Virus record (IMG/VR): IMGVR_UViG_3300042923_001106
Span: 96,001 to 160,000 of that record
DNA from: a virus
Reading direction: 5' to 3' (one strand)
DNA length: 64,000 nucleotides
Part shown: one piece after another, positions 62,624 to 64,000 of the stretch
How the letters are laid out: every line of letters starts with the position of its first letter
Numbering within the stretch: position 1 is the first letter of the stretch
The notes under the pieces: model-generated
Databases searched by the model: none
Told to the model about the DNA's origin: nothing
Seen by the model: only the letters and a program-made list of their open reading frames with translations
Translations under genes and position numbers: made by a program

Positions 62624-62663
62624 AATTATCCTTTTATGGGATATTTAATATAGGAGTGATGAT

Positions 62664-63605
62664 ATAATTAAGAGAAATAATGCTAGTTTCGCAAACGAAG
62701 TTTATCATCAATATGACTGGTGTTATCAAAAGTTTATTATAGAAGGTTTAAATCATCAAGAAATGGCTCAAGAAGCAGGAACGACTGCGAGAACAATTAA
62801 GAAATGGGTGGTCGAAAAACACAGACTTAAAGGAAATATTAGAAGGAAAGTCAAAAGACTCAATCAATTACAAGAGGATTTAATCATCGGGTCAATTCTT
62901 GGTGACGGACATATCACCAACGAAAAATTCAAACCTATATTCATAGTATCTCATGCGGCAGACGAGAAAGATTATTTGTACTGGAAACACGATATATTGA
63001 AAGATTTTTGCAACAAGGGTCCAAGATTGATTGAGGCACAGATAAAGCCATTTGGTGATAAAGAGTATTTGTCTCAAGATGCCTATAGGATTAACACCAG
63101 AGTACAGGATGATTTAATAAAATATCGTGATATGTCAATAAAAGAAATAGTAAAAAAATTAAATGAATTTTCATTCTCTATTTGGTTATTAGACGACGGA
63201 CATAGGAGTAGTGGATGTTGGGACTTATGTGTTGCTCCATACAGTGCCGATGAGGTAAATGAAATCTTAAATGTAATACATGAAAGATTTAAACTAGAAT
63301 GTAAAATAAAATCAGACAATAGGTATATATTGTTTACAGCAAAGTCGAGCAGGGATTTGGATCAAATAATTCTAAAAAATATTCCTAATGAACTAGATGT
63401 AATAAGGAAAAAGATAACAGAGAAAGATATTGATACTGAAGCAAATTACTTTTGGGTTACTTATAATAATGAAGAGATTGGATTGAATAGGTTCTGTCGT
63501 GAAAACAAGATTGTATATTCAGCAGCTAGAAAACTTTATTTTGAAGGTGTGACTGATGGAATCGCTCTGATTGAAAAATGCTGTGCGAAAACTAAATATA
63601 AATAA
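62664..63605 (+). CDS. LAGLIDADG homing endonuclease with N-terminal HTH (probable ATA/ATT start)
   Basis: LIIGSILGDGHI and FSIWLLDDGH motifs. Confidence 0.85.
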   Translation: MIKRNNASFANEVYHQYDWCYQKFIIEGLNHQEMAQEAGTTARTIKKWVVEKHRLKGNIRRKVKRLNQLQEDLIIGSILGDGHITNEKFKPIFIVSHAADEKDYLYWKHDILKDFCNKGPRLIEAQIKPFGDKEYLSQDAYRINTRVQDDLIKYRDMSIKEIVKKLNEFSFSIWLLDDGHRSSGCWDLCVAPYSADEVNEILNVIHERFKLECKIKSDNRYILFTAKSSRDLDQIILKNIPNELDVIRKKITEKDIDTEANYFWVTYNNEEIGLNRFCRENKIVYSAARKLYFEGVTDGIALIEKCCAKTKYK

Positions 63606-63672
63606 ATATATACAATAAAAATGGTATGTGTTAATCTTAGTATAAGGCATTTTTTTTGAAGGAGGTAGAAAA

Positions 63673-64000
63673 TTGCGATACAATAACTATCATAAACATA
63701 CCCATTACAGTAACATCGTCACACCTGACTGTATTGTTAAACCGATAGATTACGCAAAGCGAGCAATCGAATTGGGTCACACTACGATTTGTACAACTGA
63801 GCATGGCTATGCTGGGAATGTATTTGAATATTATGATGTAACTAAACAGCATAACCTTAAACTTATCTTTGGAGTAGAATTTTACTATGTCAACGACCGC
63901 TTTGAAAAGGACAAATCGAATACTCACTTAATGATTCTTGCTAAGAATAATGAAGGTAAACGAGAGTTAACTAGACTTATTACGGAATCGAACAAGACTG
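63673..64000 (+). CDS. dnaE: DNA polymerase III alpha-type (YorL-like), 5' part with PHP domain
   Basis: TTG after GGAGGT; YHKHTHYSN...TEHG...GVEFY...HLMILAKNNEG; runs off the window. Confidence 0.9.
   Translation, partial: MRYNNYHKHTHYSNIVTPDCIVKPIDYAKRAIELGHTTICTTEHGYAGNVFEYYDVTKQHNLKLIFGVEFYYVNDRFEKDKSNTHLMILAKNNEGKRELTRLITESNKT

Larger units (their letters stand above)
788..62637. repeat. dispersed intergenic palindrome ATRAAA-N6-TTTYAT (27 exact copies plus about 20 near copies)
   Basis: Exact left-arm starts: 788, 5741, 8116, 9160, 9968, 11689, 13331, 18049, 21460, 26120, 26954, 32494, 32673, 34328, 35553, 37792, 38023, 38305, 38593, 43038, 44169, 47938, 51741, 56803, 57538, 60647, 62620. 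Confidence 0.92.

Noticed and set aside
788-62637. Palindrome as a rho-independent terminator
   Set aside because: The stem is only 6 weak A-U pairs with no GC core, and genes continue co-directionally; real terminators (430, 10758, 51772) look different
2192-63927. Most minus-strand and overlapping ORFs in the ORF track (e.g. 2192..2599, 20519..20917, 24182..24622, 51160..51633, 58190..58546, 63637..63927)
   Set aside because: They are antisense shadows of well-supported + strand genes, with no SD and no motifs
1-64000. tRNA/rRNA genes, reverse transcriptase/DGR, integrase or att site
   Set aside because: No T-loop/cloverleaf, YxDD RT or recombinase motifs seen; the recombinase postulated for the cassette motif is not in this window

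Overview
AT-rich, almost entirely + strand, densely packed replication/nucleotide-metabolism arm of a large SPbeta-like temperate phage or prophage of a spore-forming Bacillales host (Paenibacillaceae is suggested by the SpoVID-like and IS1634 sequences; this is inference). Core genes recognised by motif: two tandem SSB-like proteins, a YorG-like P-loop ATPase, thymidylate kinase, helicase loader/DnaB/primase, RecJ, ATP-cone NrdB plus NrdA, dUTPase, ThyX and the 5' end of a DnaE polymerase. About 100 small accessory genes lie between them, including 4 DNA methyltransferases (one broken), 4 Pol-beta-type nucleotidyltransferases, a radical SAM enzyme, SpeD, YyaC, 3 homing endonucleases and a truncated IS1634. 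The strongest unexplained signal is an 18-bp palindrome, ATRAAA-N6-TTTYAT. I counted 27 exact copies by hand plus about 20 near copies. It sits at gene boundaries, often contains the upstream stop codon and precedes the next RBS, which resembles gene-cassette architecture. A second nested array (27.4-30.5 kb) uses a different shared junction (GGGGAGGATACCCAATGA, GEDTQ*). Several conserved genes, including the helicase, appear to start at ATC/ATT/ATA. No tRNA, rRNA or CRISPR array was seen. All family assignments come from motif recognition, not database searches.
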